This document shows, in pieces, positions 35,572 through 45,753 of a stretch of 64,000 nt of DNA. The DNA is taken from assembly GCA_036310925.1 (NCBI GenBank), contig JAXJQX010000017.1:216-64215 (forward strand), in the 5' to 3' direction. This DNA is from Acutalibacteraceae bacterium (GTDB lineage Bacteria; Bacillota; Clostridia; Oscillospirales; Acutalibacteraceae). Every line of letters starts with the position of its first letter. Position 1 is the stretch's first letter. The notes beneath the pieces were generated by a model. The model saw only the letters and a list, made by a program, of their open reading frames with translations. It made no database searches and was not told the origin of the DNA. A program made the translations under genes and the position numbers.

Positions 35572-36725
35572 TTACCATTCTAAAATAATATATCTTTTAA
35601 CTTTTTTTCCATCTATGAATGCATAAAACCGCTTGCATATTTCCTTCTTCTCGTCTGTAAGCTCAGAACGGTTTTCAATCCCCTTAAAACGCTCGTATGT
35701 GTAATACTCCACGCCGATATCGTTTATCTGTTTTATCATTTCCTTGTCATCAAGCGGTAGCACTATTCCTTGAGGATCTGTAATAAATGTATTACATCCG
35801 GGGAAAGCAAAATGTTCTCCGGTTCCGGGACCGTATGCGTGATAGGGCTTAATTACAACGCCTCTTCTCATAAGCTCTTTAAGCTTATCAAAATATGTTT
35901 TGTAAATATCCGCAGGCAAACAGTTTTCCCGTTTGCATATTCATGTTGCTAATTCGCAAACCTCTCCTAACACACCGAGAGTTCTCATTACCCTTACACA
36001 GGCAAATGCAATATGAGTTGTGCTTACCAATCTGCCACCTAAGAAAAGATTTTTAATATCTTTAGAGTAAAGACATCTGTACGGATCAGGATAATGCTCT
36101 TTTATGCCCCTGTGTATTGCGCAAGAGCAGAAAGGCTCGTCAAATATCGCACGGTTTTTGGGATCGGGATAATGAATGTCTATATCCCATGTAAGCGATG
36201 CAGTTGCATCAGGATACGGGATATGCTTTTCAATATCATTTTCCGTTAAGATGTGCTCGCCCTTTACACGGTAGCTTTCGCGTTTTCCGCCCAAAGGCGA
36301 AACCCAATTAAGCTTGCGATTTTTAAATCGGTCCTTTTCCTTCGAGCGATTTTTTATAAATGACCAGTTGCAGAATATTGTCATTAAGGAATAATCTCTG
36401 ATATATTCTGTTTCAAGAGCCATATTGCGGAATTGTCCTACTTCCCACTCCCAATCGCCTGAGAACACCTTATAGGAATTTTCCTCATTAAATTCAGTTT
36501 CCCAATCAATATCAGGAAAAGACGATTCGCCGTCACACACGTAGGTATTCCAGGTTATCGTCATTCCCATAACCATATTATCGGCTTTATCCGGCGCCAT
36601 CTGTTCGCCAAATTCAGCTTTAGCTTCTCAGCCGTACATAACCTCGGCACCGCCTAAGCGCGAAAGAGTTGCATCGCCGGTGCAATCGGAAAAAAGTCTG
36701 CCCTTATTAAAACAATTTTACTCAT
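35572..36725 (-). pseudogene. Decayed FAD-dependent oxidoreductase (PF12831-like), paralog of 41421-42674
   Basis: ORFs 35941-36600 and 35572-35919 are in the same frame, split by TGA (35941-35943). A second in-frame TGA lies at 36628-36630. The N-terminal dinucleotide-binding ~150 aa is absent; only MSKIVLI.. (ATG 36725, different frame) remains. Confidence 0.8.
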
Positions 36726-36741
36726 ATGTATTTCCTTTGAT

Positions 36742-37597
36742 TTATTTTATAGGTATTCTTATTTCCCAAGAAAAGCCGTCTTTATCCATATCGGCAGGAT
36801 AAACATCCGTAGTCGGTATATCCGTTCTTTTTTCAAGTCCGGCAGACGGAAGCCATTCATACAGGATTTTTGTATACATTAAAGCCACATAAGCATCATC
36901 GGTGCTGCCCAGAGTAAAAACCGCCCATTCGGTTTTCGGCAAAATTACCTCTGTCAGCTCATTACAGGCTTCCTTTTTTGTTTTTGCGCCTATTACGCAT
37001 TTGACAGTGCCGTCCGGCATATTGTCATAAATAGCATAAAGCTTGCCGTCCTCTGAATACCGACAGCACCTCACGGTCAGCACCGTCGGAGTAAAAGCCT
37101 GTCCATACGGCTTCGCAGCAGTCAGAGTCATTCTCATCGGAAATTCCGCAAAAACCGAGAATATGCATATCATCTGTTTTCATTACCTTTATCGGTACGC
37201 TTTCAAGTCCTGTTCTTCTAAGCTCAAATGAGGGCTTGGACAATACTTCAACCGCGATATCGCCTTTTTTGAGTGAAATCGGGGATATACCGTGCATTGC
37301 CTTAAACGCCGTTGTGAAGGCGGACTGATTTGAATAACCGTATTTTTCCGCAATGTCTGAGATGTCTCCCGTTTCGGAGCGGATAATTTCAAATGCCGCA
37401 AGTGAAAGTCGGCGTTTCCTGATATACTCACCGACAGGTATTCCTACCACAAACGAAAAAATCCGTCTGAATTCATAGACCGAAAGACCTGTAATTTGTG
37501 CAAGGGTTTCACAGTTGATTTCTTCGGTTATGTGATCTTCAATATAGTCAATAACGCGATTTACTGATTTTATTCCGTCGAAAATAATAGACCCTCC
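36742..37597 (-). pseudogene. AraC-family regulator with GyrI-like effector domain, frameshifted
   Basis: The HTH half (frame of 37025-37450, extendable to 37597) and the GyrI-like half (36742-37173) overlap in different frames, with the shift near 37069-37089. No ATG/GTG/TTG lies behind the GGAGGG RBS, only ATT. Confidence 0.75.
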
Positions 37598-37677
37598 TTG
37601 AGAAATATATTTTATATTTTACCATACATCTATTACAATTACTTTGTTTTTTTTGCACTTTTTAATTCATAAAGTTT

Positions 37678-38403
37678 TTAATGTATTTGAGATTTTAAAT
37701 ATTGCCTTGGACTTATAGCTTTAATGCATTTGAAAACACGGGAAAAATATGCCAAATTTGAAAATCCGCATTCCTCGGAAAGCCGGCTTACAGATATTTC
37801 TTCACCGTAAATATCAATAAGCTTGCAAGCGTGCTCTACACGGATTATGTTTACAAATTGGGTAGGGGTTTTTCCCGTAGATCCCTTGAATTTGGCACGA
37901 ATATAATCCTCGGCATATCCTGACAGATTAAGCACTGATGTAATGTTAAAGTCAGGGTTCAAAGCATTTGTTGATATATCCTTTATTATCTTGTCGATTG
38001 CAATATCGGTCTGTGATGAAGCTTTAAAGGTTTGCAGTAAAGAAGTAATATAACAGTTTATAAGCGAGTTTAAATATGAGCAGTCGGAAAATTTATTATC
38101 ATATATCAACTTGCCGAGTATTCTGCTGTCAGCAGCGGTTTTTACAGAAACAGGACGGTCAAAAAGCAGGAGGTTTTTAAAATCTCCGCCTATTGAAATA
38201 TTTTTGAAGCCTTTTTCCGAAACGGAACCGTGCATTATATTTTGAGGGACAATAATTGCTGTTCCACTTTCAAACGGTATGTTCTCGGTGTCTGTTCTTA
38301 AATATCCGTTTCCTTCTAAATAAAGCATTATTTCGCAAAATGTATGCTTGTGCATGGGATAGCTTATAACTCCGTCCTGCGTTATACTGATGTGATAATC
38401 CAT
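37678..38403 (-). CDS. AraC-family transcriptional regulator (cupin N-terminal domain)
   Basis: Cupin region HKHTFCEIMLYLEG. C-terminal dual HTH ..LSEECGFSNLAYFSRVFK...ISPRQY. Confidence 0.85.
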   Translation of the reverse strand: MDYHISITQDGVISYPMHKHTFCEIMLYLEGNGYLRTDTENIPFESGTAIIVPQNIMHGSVSEKGFKNISIGGDFKNLLLFDRPVSVKTAADSRILGKLIYDNKFSDCSYLNSLINCYITSLLQTFKASSQTDIAIDKIIKDISTNALNPDFNITSVLNLSGYAEDYIRAKFKGSTGKTPTQFVNIIRVEHACKLIDIYGEEISVSRLSEECGFSNLAYFSRVFKCIKAISPRQYLKSQIH

Positions 38404-38522
38404 ATCTTCACCCCACGAAAATAATATCATAAATCTATCTTTTGTGCAAATATTTCTATATTATATTATAGCATTAAATTGAATAATCGCGTATAATCCT
38501 TATTAAACGGGAGCGTGATTAT

Positions 38523-39611
38523 ATGAAAAAATTTACAGGCTTTGAACACGGTATGGGCATAGGCGGTTGGCTTACGAATTATAAACGGTTTAACTGCCTG
38601 CCAATGGACAGGAGACTCAATTTAACCATAGGTGATTTTGAACATTTCAGAACCTATATTACCGAAAGTGATATTGCTTACATAAAAGAACTCGGTATGG
38701 ATCATATAAGGCTGGGTTTTGACCAGATAGTTGTTGAAGAAAAGCCGACAATATACCGTGAGGAAATACTTAACATCATTAATAATTTCGTGGATTGGTG
38801 CGAAAAATACGGTCTTAATGTTGTGCTTAATCTGCACAAGGCTGTCGGAAATTACTGCGATATAGAGGAAAAGGTTCAATTACTTGACAACGATGAACTC
38901 CAAAACAGATTTATTGCGCTTTGGGAAAAGCTTGAGGATTATTTTTCGGAGCGTAAATCCGTTGCTTTTGAATTGCTTAATGAGGTCAGAAATGTTGACC
39001 CCGAAAAGTGGAACGGGCTTGCCGAAAAAACCGTAACAGCACTAAGACGGAAGAATAAAACGCGTAAAATAATAATAGGCAGCACCTGTTGGAATTCGGT
39101 AAATACCCTTAATAAATTAAAGGTATTTGATGATGAAAATGTTATTTACACCTTTCATACCTACGAGCCTTTCGGCTTTACGCATCAGCAGGGAGTTTTA
39201 CAGGCACCTACGCTTTATTATAACAGGAAAATGCCCTATCCCGGCGATATAGAAATATACCGTGATTATGAAAAAGTGGTATCGGGTAATCAAAATGCAT
39301 ATAAAAATTATACTGTAATGGACAGAAAATATATATTTGACAGCCTAAAACCCGCAATCGATTTTACAAAACAAAATCCTGACAAGATACTTTGGTGCGG
39401 TGAATTCGGCACTATACGCCACTGTAAAACGGAATGGCGCGAAAACTGGATGCGGGATGTTATATCATTTTTAAAACTCAACGGTATACCGTACTGCGTA
39501 TGGAATTATTTAAGCACACCCAACGATGGCAACCGTTTCAGCCTTGTTGATGATGATACAAGAAAGATTCTAAGTCCTAAGTTAGCTGAAATAATCAAAG
39601 GCAACGTATGA
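38523..39611 (+). CDS. Glycoside hydrolase family 5 (cellulase/mannanase-type), no signal peptide
   Basis: GGWL, DHIRL.F, VVLNLHKA, acid/base FELLNEV, FHTYEP, nucleophile CGEFG. Confidence 0.85.
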   Translation: MKKFTGFEHGMGIGGWLTNYKRFNCLPMDRRLNLTIGDFEHFRTYITESDIAYIKELGMDHIRLGFDQIVVEEKPTIYREEILNIINNFVDWCEKYGLNVVLNLHKAVGNYCDIEEKVQLLDNDELQNRFIALWEKLEDYFSERKSVAFELLNEVRNVDPEKWNGLAEKTVTALRRKNKTRKIIIGSTCWNSVNTLNKLKVFDDENVIYTFHTYEPFGFTHQQGVLQAPTLYYNRKMPYPGDIEIYRDYEKVVSGNQNAYKNYTVMDRKYIFDSLKPAIDFTKQNPDKILWCGEFGTIRHCKTEWRENWMRDVISFLKLNGIPYCVWNYLSTPNDGNRFSLVDDDTRKILSPKLAEIIKGNV

Positions 39612-40486
39612 TGAACAGTGTTACAATTTTTCTCTTGATTTCATCTGTTGTCTGCTCAACTGCAAGAGCGGTTTTTTCAAAAAAGCTCGGAGTGTTAAAC
39701 GGCAGTAAATACGGTTTTTATATTACACAAACTGTTTTATTTGCCGTAGCGGCGGCAGCGATATTTATTTTAAACATTAAAAGTATCGGCCGTCCATCGG
39801 TAATATCAGTGATTTTAGCGGTGGCTTACGGTATTTTTACGGTATCTTCACAATGGACTTATACTATAGCGCTTACAAAGGCCCCTGTATCGGTTTGTGC
39901 TATGGTTTATTCGTTTGGATTTATTATTCCGACCGTTTTCGGAACCGCCGTATGGCACGAACAGGTTAATGCATTTAAAATAATCAGCATACTGCTGTGC
40001 ATATGCACTATCATTCTTACATCTGTTAAAAAAGATGATAATTCCAAAAAAATGTACAGGCTGCCGTTTTCGCTTATTGTAGCTATGCTGTCATCAGGCG
40101 GGCTTGGCGTTGTGCAAAAGCTTCAGCAAAAAACCGCCGCCCGCGACGAAACGGGAATGTTTTTGTTTCTCGCTTTTGTGTTAGCGGCTTTTTTGTCATT
40201 AGCGGTTTCCTTTACAAAGCGTGAAAAAGTTGCACAAAAAATTCGTATTGATTCGGCACTTGCATTTTACATATTTATTGTCGGAGTCTCGATGGCTGTA
40301 GCAAACACGGCAAACACTATTCTTGCAGGACTTCTTCCGAGCGCCGTTGTATTCCCAATCGTAAACGTCGGAGTTATACTTGCATCTTTTGAAGTATCTG
40401 TTATAATACTCAGAGAAAGAATAAGCAAAAGCCAAATTGCCGCTTTCGCCTTAGGAATAACGGCAATATTGCTTTTCAATTTATAA
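39608..40486 (+). CDS. DMT-superfamily (EamA-like) 10-TM transporter
   Basis: 292 aa in two roughly 5-TM halves. ATGATG overlaps the GH5 stop. Confidence 0.7.
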   Translation: MMNSVTIFLLISSVVCSTARAVFSKKLGVLNGSKYGFYITQTVLFAVAAAAIFILNIKSIGRPSVISVILAVAYGIFTVSSQWTYTIALTKAPVSVCAMVYSFGFIIPTVFGTAVWHEQVNAFKIISILLCICTIILTSVKKDDNSKKMYRLPFSLIVAMLSSGGLGVVQKLQQKTAARDETGMFLFLAFVLAAFLSLAVSFTKREKVAQKIRIDSALAFYIFIVGVSMAVANTANTILAGLLPSAVVFPIVNVGVILASFEVSVIILRERISKSQIAAFALGITAILLFNL

Positions 40487-40501
40487 AGGAGTTTAAAAAC
40501 T

Positions 40502-41302
40502 ATGATTCAATTTCATGTTTATCCGGGCGGGTTAAAACGAATAGTGACCTTCAGCTTTGACGATGGCTCTCAAAACGATGTTAGGCTTATATCACTTTTT
40601 GATAAGTACAGACTTAAAGCAACATTTCACCTTAACGGAAAAAACTATATAGGAAAAACAGAAGATGAATTAAAAACCGTTTGGGCAATTTATCAAAATC
40701 ATGAAATTGCCTGCCATACGCTTTCGCACGGCTGGCCTTCAAGAATGCCTAACGCTTCGCTTGTTACGGAAATTATGCGGGACAGGGAGATTCTTGAAAA
40801 AATATCCGGCTATCCGGTAACGGGTATGTCATATCCCAGCGGTTCTTATAACAGCAATGTGATTTCGGTGATGAATTCCTGCGGTATTGAATATTCAAGA
40901 ACCGTAAACGCAATAAATGATTTTGATTTGCCCGAGGATTTTTTGGAGTGGAATCCTTCCTGTCACTTTAAAAGCGCTATGCCGCTTGCCGAAAGATTTT
41001 TACGGGATATAGACAGCCAATGGACTAAGCCTCTTTTTTATATTTGGGGTCACAGTCACGAAATAAGAAATGAAGACGACTGGGAAGAGACAGAACAATT
41101 GCTTAAGCTGTTAGCAAATAATAATAAGATATGGTATGCGACGAATATGGAAATATTCGATTATATTTCAGCGCAGAAAATGCTTAAAATCTCTGCCGAT
41201 GAAAGAATTTTTTATAATCCGACCGCAACCGACTTGTGGGTTGAAAAGGACAAAGCTAAAATAATTAAAATCCCGGCAGGGACAAGAATAATTGCCGATT
41301 GA
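40502..41302 (+). CDS. Polysaccharide deacetylase (carbohydrate esterase family 4-like)
   Basis: TFSFDDGS..D, CHTLSHG, YPSG.YN motifs of the NodB homology domain. Confidence 0.82.
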   Translation: MIQFHVYPGGLKRIVTFSFDDGSQNDVRLISLFDKYRLKATFHLNGKNYIGKTEDELKTVWAIYQNHEIACHTLSHGWPSRMPNASLVTEIMRDREILEKISGYPVTGMSYPSGSYNSNVISVMNSCGIEYSRTVNAINDFDLPEDFLEWNPSCHFKSAMPLAERFLRDIDSQWTKPLFYIWGHSHEIRNEDDWEETEQLLKLLANNNKIWYATNMEIFDYISAQKMLKISADERIFYNPTATDLWVEKDKAKIIKIPAGTRIIAD

Positions 41303-41337
41303 GGAAAATTTACCGACGGTTTTGGAAATATTCCCTT

Positions 41338-41368
41338 CATTAAGAACGCCTTTGCGGCGTTCTTAATG
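41338..41368. terminator. Bidirectional terminator between convergent genes
   Basis: Perfect 13-bp stem CATTAAGAACGCC / GGCGTTCTTAATG with loop TTTGC. Confidence 0.75.
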
Positions 41369-41420
41369 CTTCATAGCGGATTTTCTTGGGTATTGTCTGC
41401 AAACACAATATTTACTAAAG

Positions 41421-42674
41421 TTATATTCCTATTATCTTCCGAATATCCTTTGAATCAATCTCCGCAAGGCGGCAAGCTTGCTTTACGGCAAGAGCCGCCG
41501 CAACACCTGCCGCTTCACCGATTCCCACACAAATAGGCATCGCACGGAAATTAGAGTGTGCTATATGCGTACCTGAAATGTTTCTTCCGCAAAGCAACAG
41601 ATTTTCTTTAATTTCGGGTAACAAGCAACGGTAAGGGACGGTATAGCCTTTTTTTTGCTTGAAACCGTGTTGTACTCCCGTTTCATCAAGCCCTGCACCG
41701 GTGATATTATGTACATCAAAATTGAAATGGGCGTCCTTGACAACATAATCGGGGAATACTTTCGCCTCTAATATATCCTGCTCGTTAAGGGTATATTTTC
41801 CTTTAAAGTGACGTGTTTCCCTTACACCGATAAGTGATGCGGAACTGATTATAAAACAATTTTCATAACCGGGGACAAATTTTCTTAAATATTTAACTAT
41901 ATCATCCATTTGCCGACGGCAAGTGATAGTTGCTTTTGTCAAATCGTTGGCATTAGTGCCGTCGATTCCAACAGCATTGGTCATATTGCAGGTAACCACC
42001 CCCGGCAAGGTTGTTCTATAGGTTAATATGTGACCTGCGGGATAAGGTATATGCTGTTTTGCAAGGGCCTGAAGCTCACCCTTCTCGGTTTGATAGGTTG
42101 TTTCAAAGGAAGGAAGAAAAGCTGCGCGGTCACAGTCTACTCCGCCTACCTTAAACATAAGGGTTGCGGGCTGCATTTGATTATCGTTTTCACGCCCTAA
42201 AATAAACTCCGCATCCGCACGGGCGGCAATATCGCCGTCACCGGTAGCGTCTACTGTGATTTTGGCATAAATATCGCTCATACCCGATTTGTTTACAACA
42301 GTAGCGCCCAATACTCTATCTCCGTCACAAATAGCGTCGTAGGCGAAGGTATAAAGCAGTATGCAGACGCCTACTTCATCCAACATCTCAAAATATAAGG
42401 TTTTCAGTTTTTCGGGGTCTATGAGCGTGGGATTATCCGATTTAATTTCGTTTTTCTCTGCGGAGCGACGAAGTATTTCGTGATATAAAGGGCTGCCGCA
42501 GGTTCCCGTCCAGTGGCTCATAAGTCCCGAAGTGGAAATTCCGCCTATATCGCCGCACTGTTCAACCAAGGTTACCTTGGCACCGTTTTTTGCAGCGCTG
42601 TATGCTGCTGCAAATCCTGAAGGTCCGCTGCCTAAAACCAAAACATCCGTGTGTAATTCATTCTTTTTAATCAT
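41421..42674 (-). CDS. FAD-dependent oxidoreductase (PF12831-like)
   Basis: DVLVLGSGPSGFAAAYSAAKNG.KVTLVE, VDATGDGD, RCLLP....NLLLCGRNISGTH.A....R.M. Start moved to the ATG behind GAGGTG. Confidence 0.85.
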   Translation of the reverse strand: MIKKNELHTDVLVLGSGPSGFAAAYSAAKNGAKVTLVEQCGDIGGISTSGLMSHWTGTCGSPLYHEILRRSAEKNEIKSDNPTLIDPEKLKTLYFEMLDEVGVCILLYTFAYDAICDGDRVLGATVVNKSGMSDIYAKITVDATGDGDIAARADAEFILGRENDNQMQPATLMFKVGGVDCDRAAFLPSFETTYQTEKGELQALAKQHIPYPAGHILTYRTTLPGVVTCNMTNAVGIDGTNANDLTKATITCRRQMDDIVKYLRKFVPGYENCFIISSASLIGVRETRHFKGKYTLNEQDILEAKVFPDYVVKDAHFNFDVHNITGAGLDETGVQHGFKQKKGYTVPYRCLLPEIKENLLLCGRNISGTHIAHSNFRAMPICVGIGEAAGVAAALAVKQACRLAEIDSKDIRKIIGI

Positions 42675-42787
42675 ATCAAAACACCTCGATTTCATTTTAC
42701 GGTGTTTATTATCAAATTACATTTATTTTCTTGCAAGAAATATTTACAAACCTGCAAATTTCATATATAATTATATTGGGTGACGGT

Positions 42788-43660
42788 ATGAAAGAGAAAC
42801 TGATTTATGATATTAATCAATATATTACATACTTGAATAACAGCGGATTATTTGTTACCGTACACGGCAAAGGTATCAGCGGACTTTTAGAACACAATAT
42901 ACATAGACACCCGTTTTGCTCTCTTGTTAAAACCGACAGAAATGCGTGGGACAAATGTATACGGTCTCAGCAAAAGGTTTTCAAGCAATACAGACAAGAC
43001 TGTCTGTTCGGCATGTGCCATGCAGGGATGGAAGAATATGTTTTCTTTGTAAATGATAAGACCTTTGTGAGTGTAAGTGGATACGGTGTCAACAAAAATA
43101 AAGCGACAGAACGGATAGGCCGTCTGTCGCAGGAGTTTTTTCTTAATAAATCAGAGTTACTGCGCATATACGAAACTACTCTTAAACATCAAACAGAGGA
43201 TACGGAAGCTTTAAATACCTTGATAAAGCCACTGTGCCATATGCTGAGCTTACTGCAAATATTGCTCACGGACATTCCCGAAACAGAAACAAAAAATGCA
43301 GTGTTTAATTCGCTGTTAGCCTATGTACAGCATAACTTTATGAATGACATTACCATTTGGGATATCGCACATGCTTGCGTTTGCTCGGAATCCACCGTGA
43401 GTCATCTCTTTCGGCAGTATATGGGCAAGTCGGTAAAAAAATATATTGCCGAGCTTCGCATTAATCAGGCAAAGAAGCTGTTAAGCACCAGCGATTTACC
43501 TATAGGCACAGTTGCACAGATGTGCGGCTTTTCAAATATCGGATATTTTCCGACAGCCTTCAAAAAAGCCGTTGGTTTGAGTCCGACGGAATATTGCACT
43601 CAAACGAGAGGTCGGCGACTTGATACAGGCGGCAGTACCAAATTTGCAATTATGAATTAA
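42788..43660 (+). CDS. AraC-family transcriptional regulator (PocR-like sensory N-terminus)
   Basis: HPFCSLVKT...WDKC N-terminal region. C-terminal HTH ..IAHACVCSESTVSHLFRQ..., MCGFSNIGYFPTAFKK..G.SPTEY. Confidence 0.82.
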   Translation: MKEKLIYDINQYITYLNNSGLFVTVHGKGISGLLEHNIHRHPFCSLVKTDRNAWDKCIRSQQKVFKQYRQDCLFGMCHAGMEEYVFFVNDKTFVSVSGYGVNKNKATERIGRLSQEFFLNKSELLRIYETTLKHQTEDTEALNTLIKPLCHMLSLLQILLTDIPETETKNAVFNSLLAYVQHNFMNDITIWDIAHACVCSESTVSHLFRQYMGKSVKKYIAELRINQAKKLLSTSDLPIGTVAQMCGFSNIGYFPTAFKKAVGLSPTEYCTQTRGRRLDTGGSTKFAIMN

Positions 43661-43863
43661 TTAAACCGTGTTTTTTTCCGGTAGTCGACTGCCGATAATC
43701 TGTATAAATGCGGAAGGTTTCATTGAAATCTGTCACCGCAACGGTGCTGAGCCGTTGTACTTTTAAGGAAATAAAGTGTTTATTGAAAACAATGAAAATT
43801 TATTTATCTAAAACAATGAAAATTTTTGTCGCATTACAATTGTTTTAGCTTGTATTATAATTA

Positions 43864-44640
43864 ATGCACAATAATTTTGCAAAAGGCATAAAATTTTCGG
43901 GGGGGGGTATACTGTTGGATACAGTGTATTACGAACAGAAGAATGTAAAGCTTTCTTGCTATAACGTTAAATCTCTGCAAGAGGTTCCTCACTTTCACTC
44001 GGAGCTTGAAATGGCAGTCTGCTTTTCGGGAAAGGTAAATTGCTTTTTAAGCGGACAGAATTTCGATTTCGGGGCAGGGGACGTTGTCCTGGTTTTCCAA
44101 AATCAGGGACATAATTATAAGATGATTGAAAACGGAGAGTTTTTAGTTATCATATTTTATCCCGAGCTTATTCCAAATATGATAAACTATTTTAAAAGCT
44201 GTCTGCCCGAGCGGTTAAAGATTAATATCAATGAATCCGACGAATTAAAGAACGTTCTGTTTTCCCTCAAGGATAATTACATCGAAGAAGTCGATAATTC
44301 GGAATCTCTGCTTATCGGCTATCTTAATCTGGCTATGTTCTTGATGAAACCTCTCATGGGGGCTAAACTGATTGCGAATATCAGCTCGGGCAATTTGAAA
44401 AAAACTGTAATTACTGTATTCATAATTACAGGGATAAAATCACATTAGAAATATTGTCAAAGGAGCTGCATTTAAGCACTCAAAGGATTTCGCATATTTT
44501 CAATCAGAATATGCGGATTACTCACAAAAAACCTCAGACACCGTTGCTAAAATCTCAGAAGATGTCGGTTTTGACAACCTGCGCAGCTTTAACAGAGCTT
44601 TCTATGAAGTAATGCAAATGACCCCCGACGGAATTCCGTG
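43864..44640 (+). pseudogene. Decayed AraC-family regulator (cupin N-terminus; broken HTH region)
   Basis: The cupin half is intact (HFHSELEMAVCFSG). After 44448 the HTH pieces lie in two other frames (ILSKELHLSTQRISHIFNQ.. and ..ISEDVGFDNLRSFNRAFYEVMQMTPD), with about 20 codons missing between them. Confidence 0.75.
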
Positions 44641-44701
44641 ATAAAAATGAGAAAGTTAAAAATGACACCCACGGTATTTTCGTATAGCTTTTTTATAATC
44701 C

Positions 44702-44743
44702 GAAAGCGCTCTTGCTTTTTAGTTTGAGCGCTTTCATTTTTTT
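44702..44743 (+). terminator. Rho-independent terminator
   Basis: GAAAGCGCTC (14-nt loop) GAGCGCTTTC followed by ATTTTTTT. Confidence 0.7.
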
Positions 44744-45030
44744 GGTAATAGGCATATGATACGCGGGGCGGTGTGGGCATCGTCCTGCAAGGGTGCCAAA
44801 ATAACCTGCGCATTGAATTATGGAACGCATAAACCTCAATTCACCTGGTCAAATATCTAACGTCTCTGACATCTAATTTCTTAATTGCAAGCTCCTGCCA
44901 TACGCAACTATGAAAATTTCTCAACAAAAGTTGAATTCGTATATGTATCTTAAATTTCCGTCCGAATTATCCTATATGTGCTGAAAAAAGGCTTAAACAA
45001 GCGGTTTTCTCAAAAAAACGAGCAAAGAGA

Positions 45031-45059
45031 TTGATCTTTTTGTCAAAATATGGTATAAT
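45031..45059 (+). promoter_or_regulatory. Promoter of the transposase fragment
   Basis: TTGATC, 17 nt, extended -10 TGgTATAAT (45051-45059). Confidence 0.6.
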
Positions 45060-45090
45060 TAAGCTATACTTTATAGGGGTGAGTTATAGT

Positions 45091-45753
45091 ATGGCTTTGG
45101 ACAAATCGGTATTGGTGGATATTCCCGAGCACGGAATAGCATACAAGAAGGTGTCCGGAAAAACTTATGTATATTATGTAACGGCTACCTACCGAAATAA
45201 AAAGGGGCAGCCCACCTGCGAACGTTCCTCAATAGGAAGATTGGATGAGGAAACGGGAAAGCTTATCCCTAACCGCAACTATTACGAAATATATTTAAAA
45301 AAGCCTGTCCCGCCAAAGAACGGAATTTTCGAATACGGTGTTTATGATGTGTTTGAACAGATATGCGGAAAGCTGGGACTTAAGAGGCTTTTGAAGAGAT
45401 ACTTCCCCGAAAACTATACCGAAATGCTCACAGCGGCACAGTATATGCTCTCCGAGGGCAATGTTATGTATTACATAAGCGACTATACCGAAACCCATAC
45501 CACCGCGCTAAAGGGTGTTTTGAGTAATGAAAAATGCAGTAAAATGTTCGCCGACTTAAGACAAGAGGATATGCTACTGTTTTTCAGGGAATGGATGAAG
45601 CACAAAAAAACCGACGAGTATGTTGCTTACGACGTCACAAGCGTTTCCTCATACAGTAAAAACATTACCGAGCTTGAATGGGGATATAACCGCGATAAGG
45701 AAAAGCTACCCCAAATAAATATAGGAATATATCACGGGAAATGCTCCTTTTAA
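45091..45753 (+). mobile_element. N-terminal fragment (~220 aa) of an IS4-superfamily (IS1634-like) DDE transposase
   Basis: ..GKTYVYYV.. N-terminal region and the first catalytic-Asp block YVAYDVTSVSSYS..GYNRD. The ORF stops where uxaC homology begins. No inverted repeats identified. Confidence 0.65.

Noticed and set aside
35941-35943. In-frame TGA as a selenocysteine codon
   Set aside because: The gene has a second in-frame TGA, an N-terminal deletion and a displaced start. No sel genes or obvious SECIS-like hairpin follow. Pseudogene decay is the simpler reading.
44404-44431. 9-bp inverted repeat CTGTAATTA...TAATTACAG inside the broken AraC gene
   Set aside because: It is short and could arise by chance in AT-rich sequence. 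No transposon-end context could be shown.
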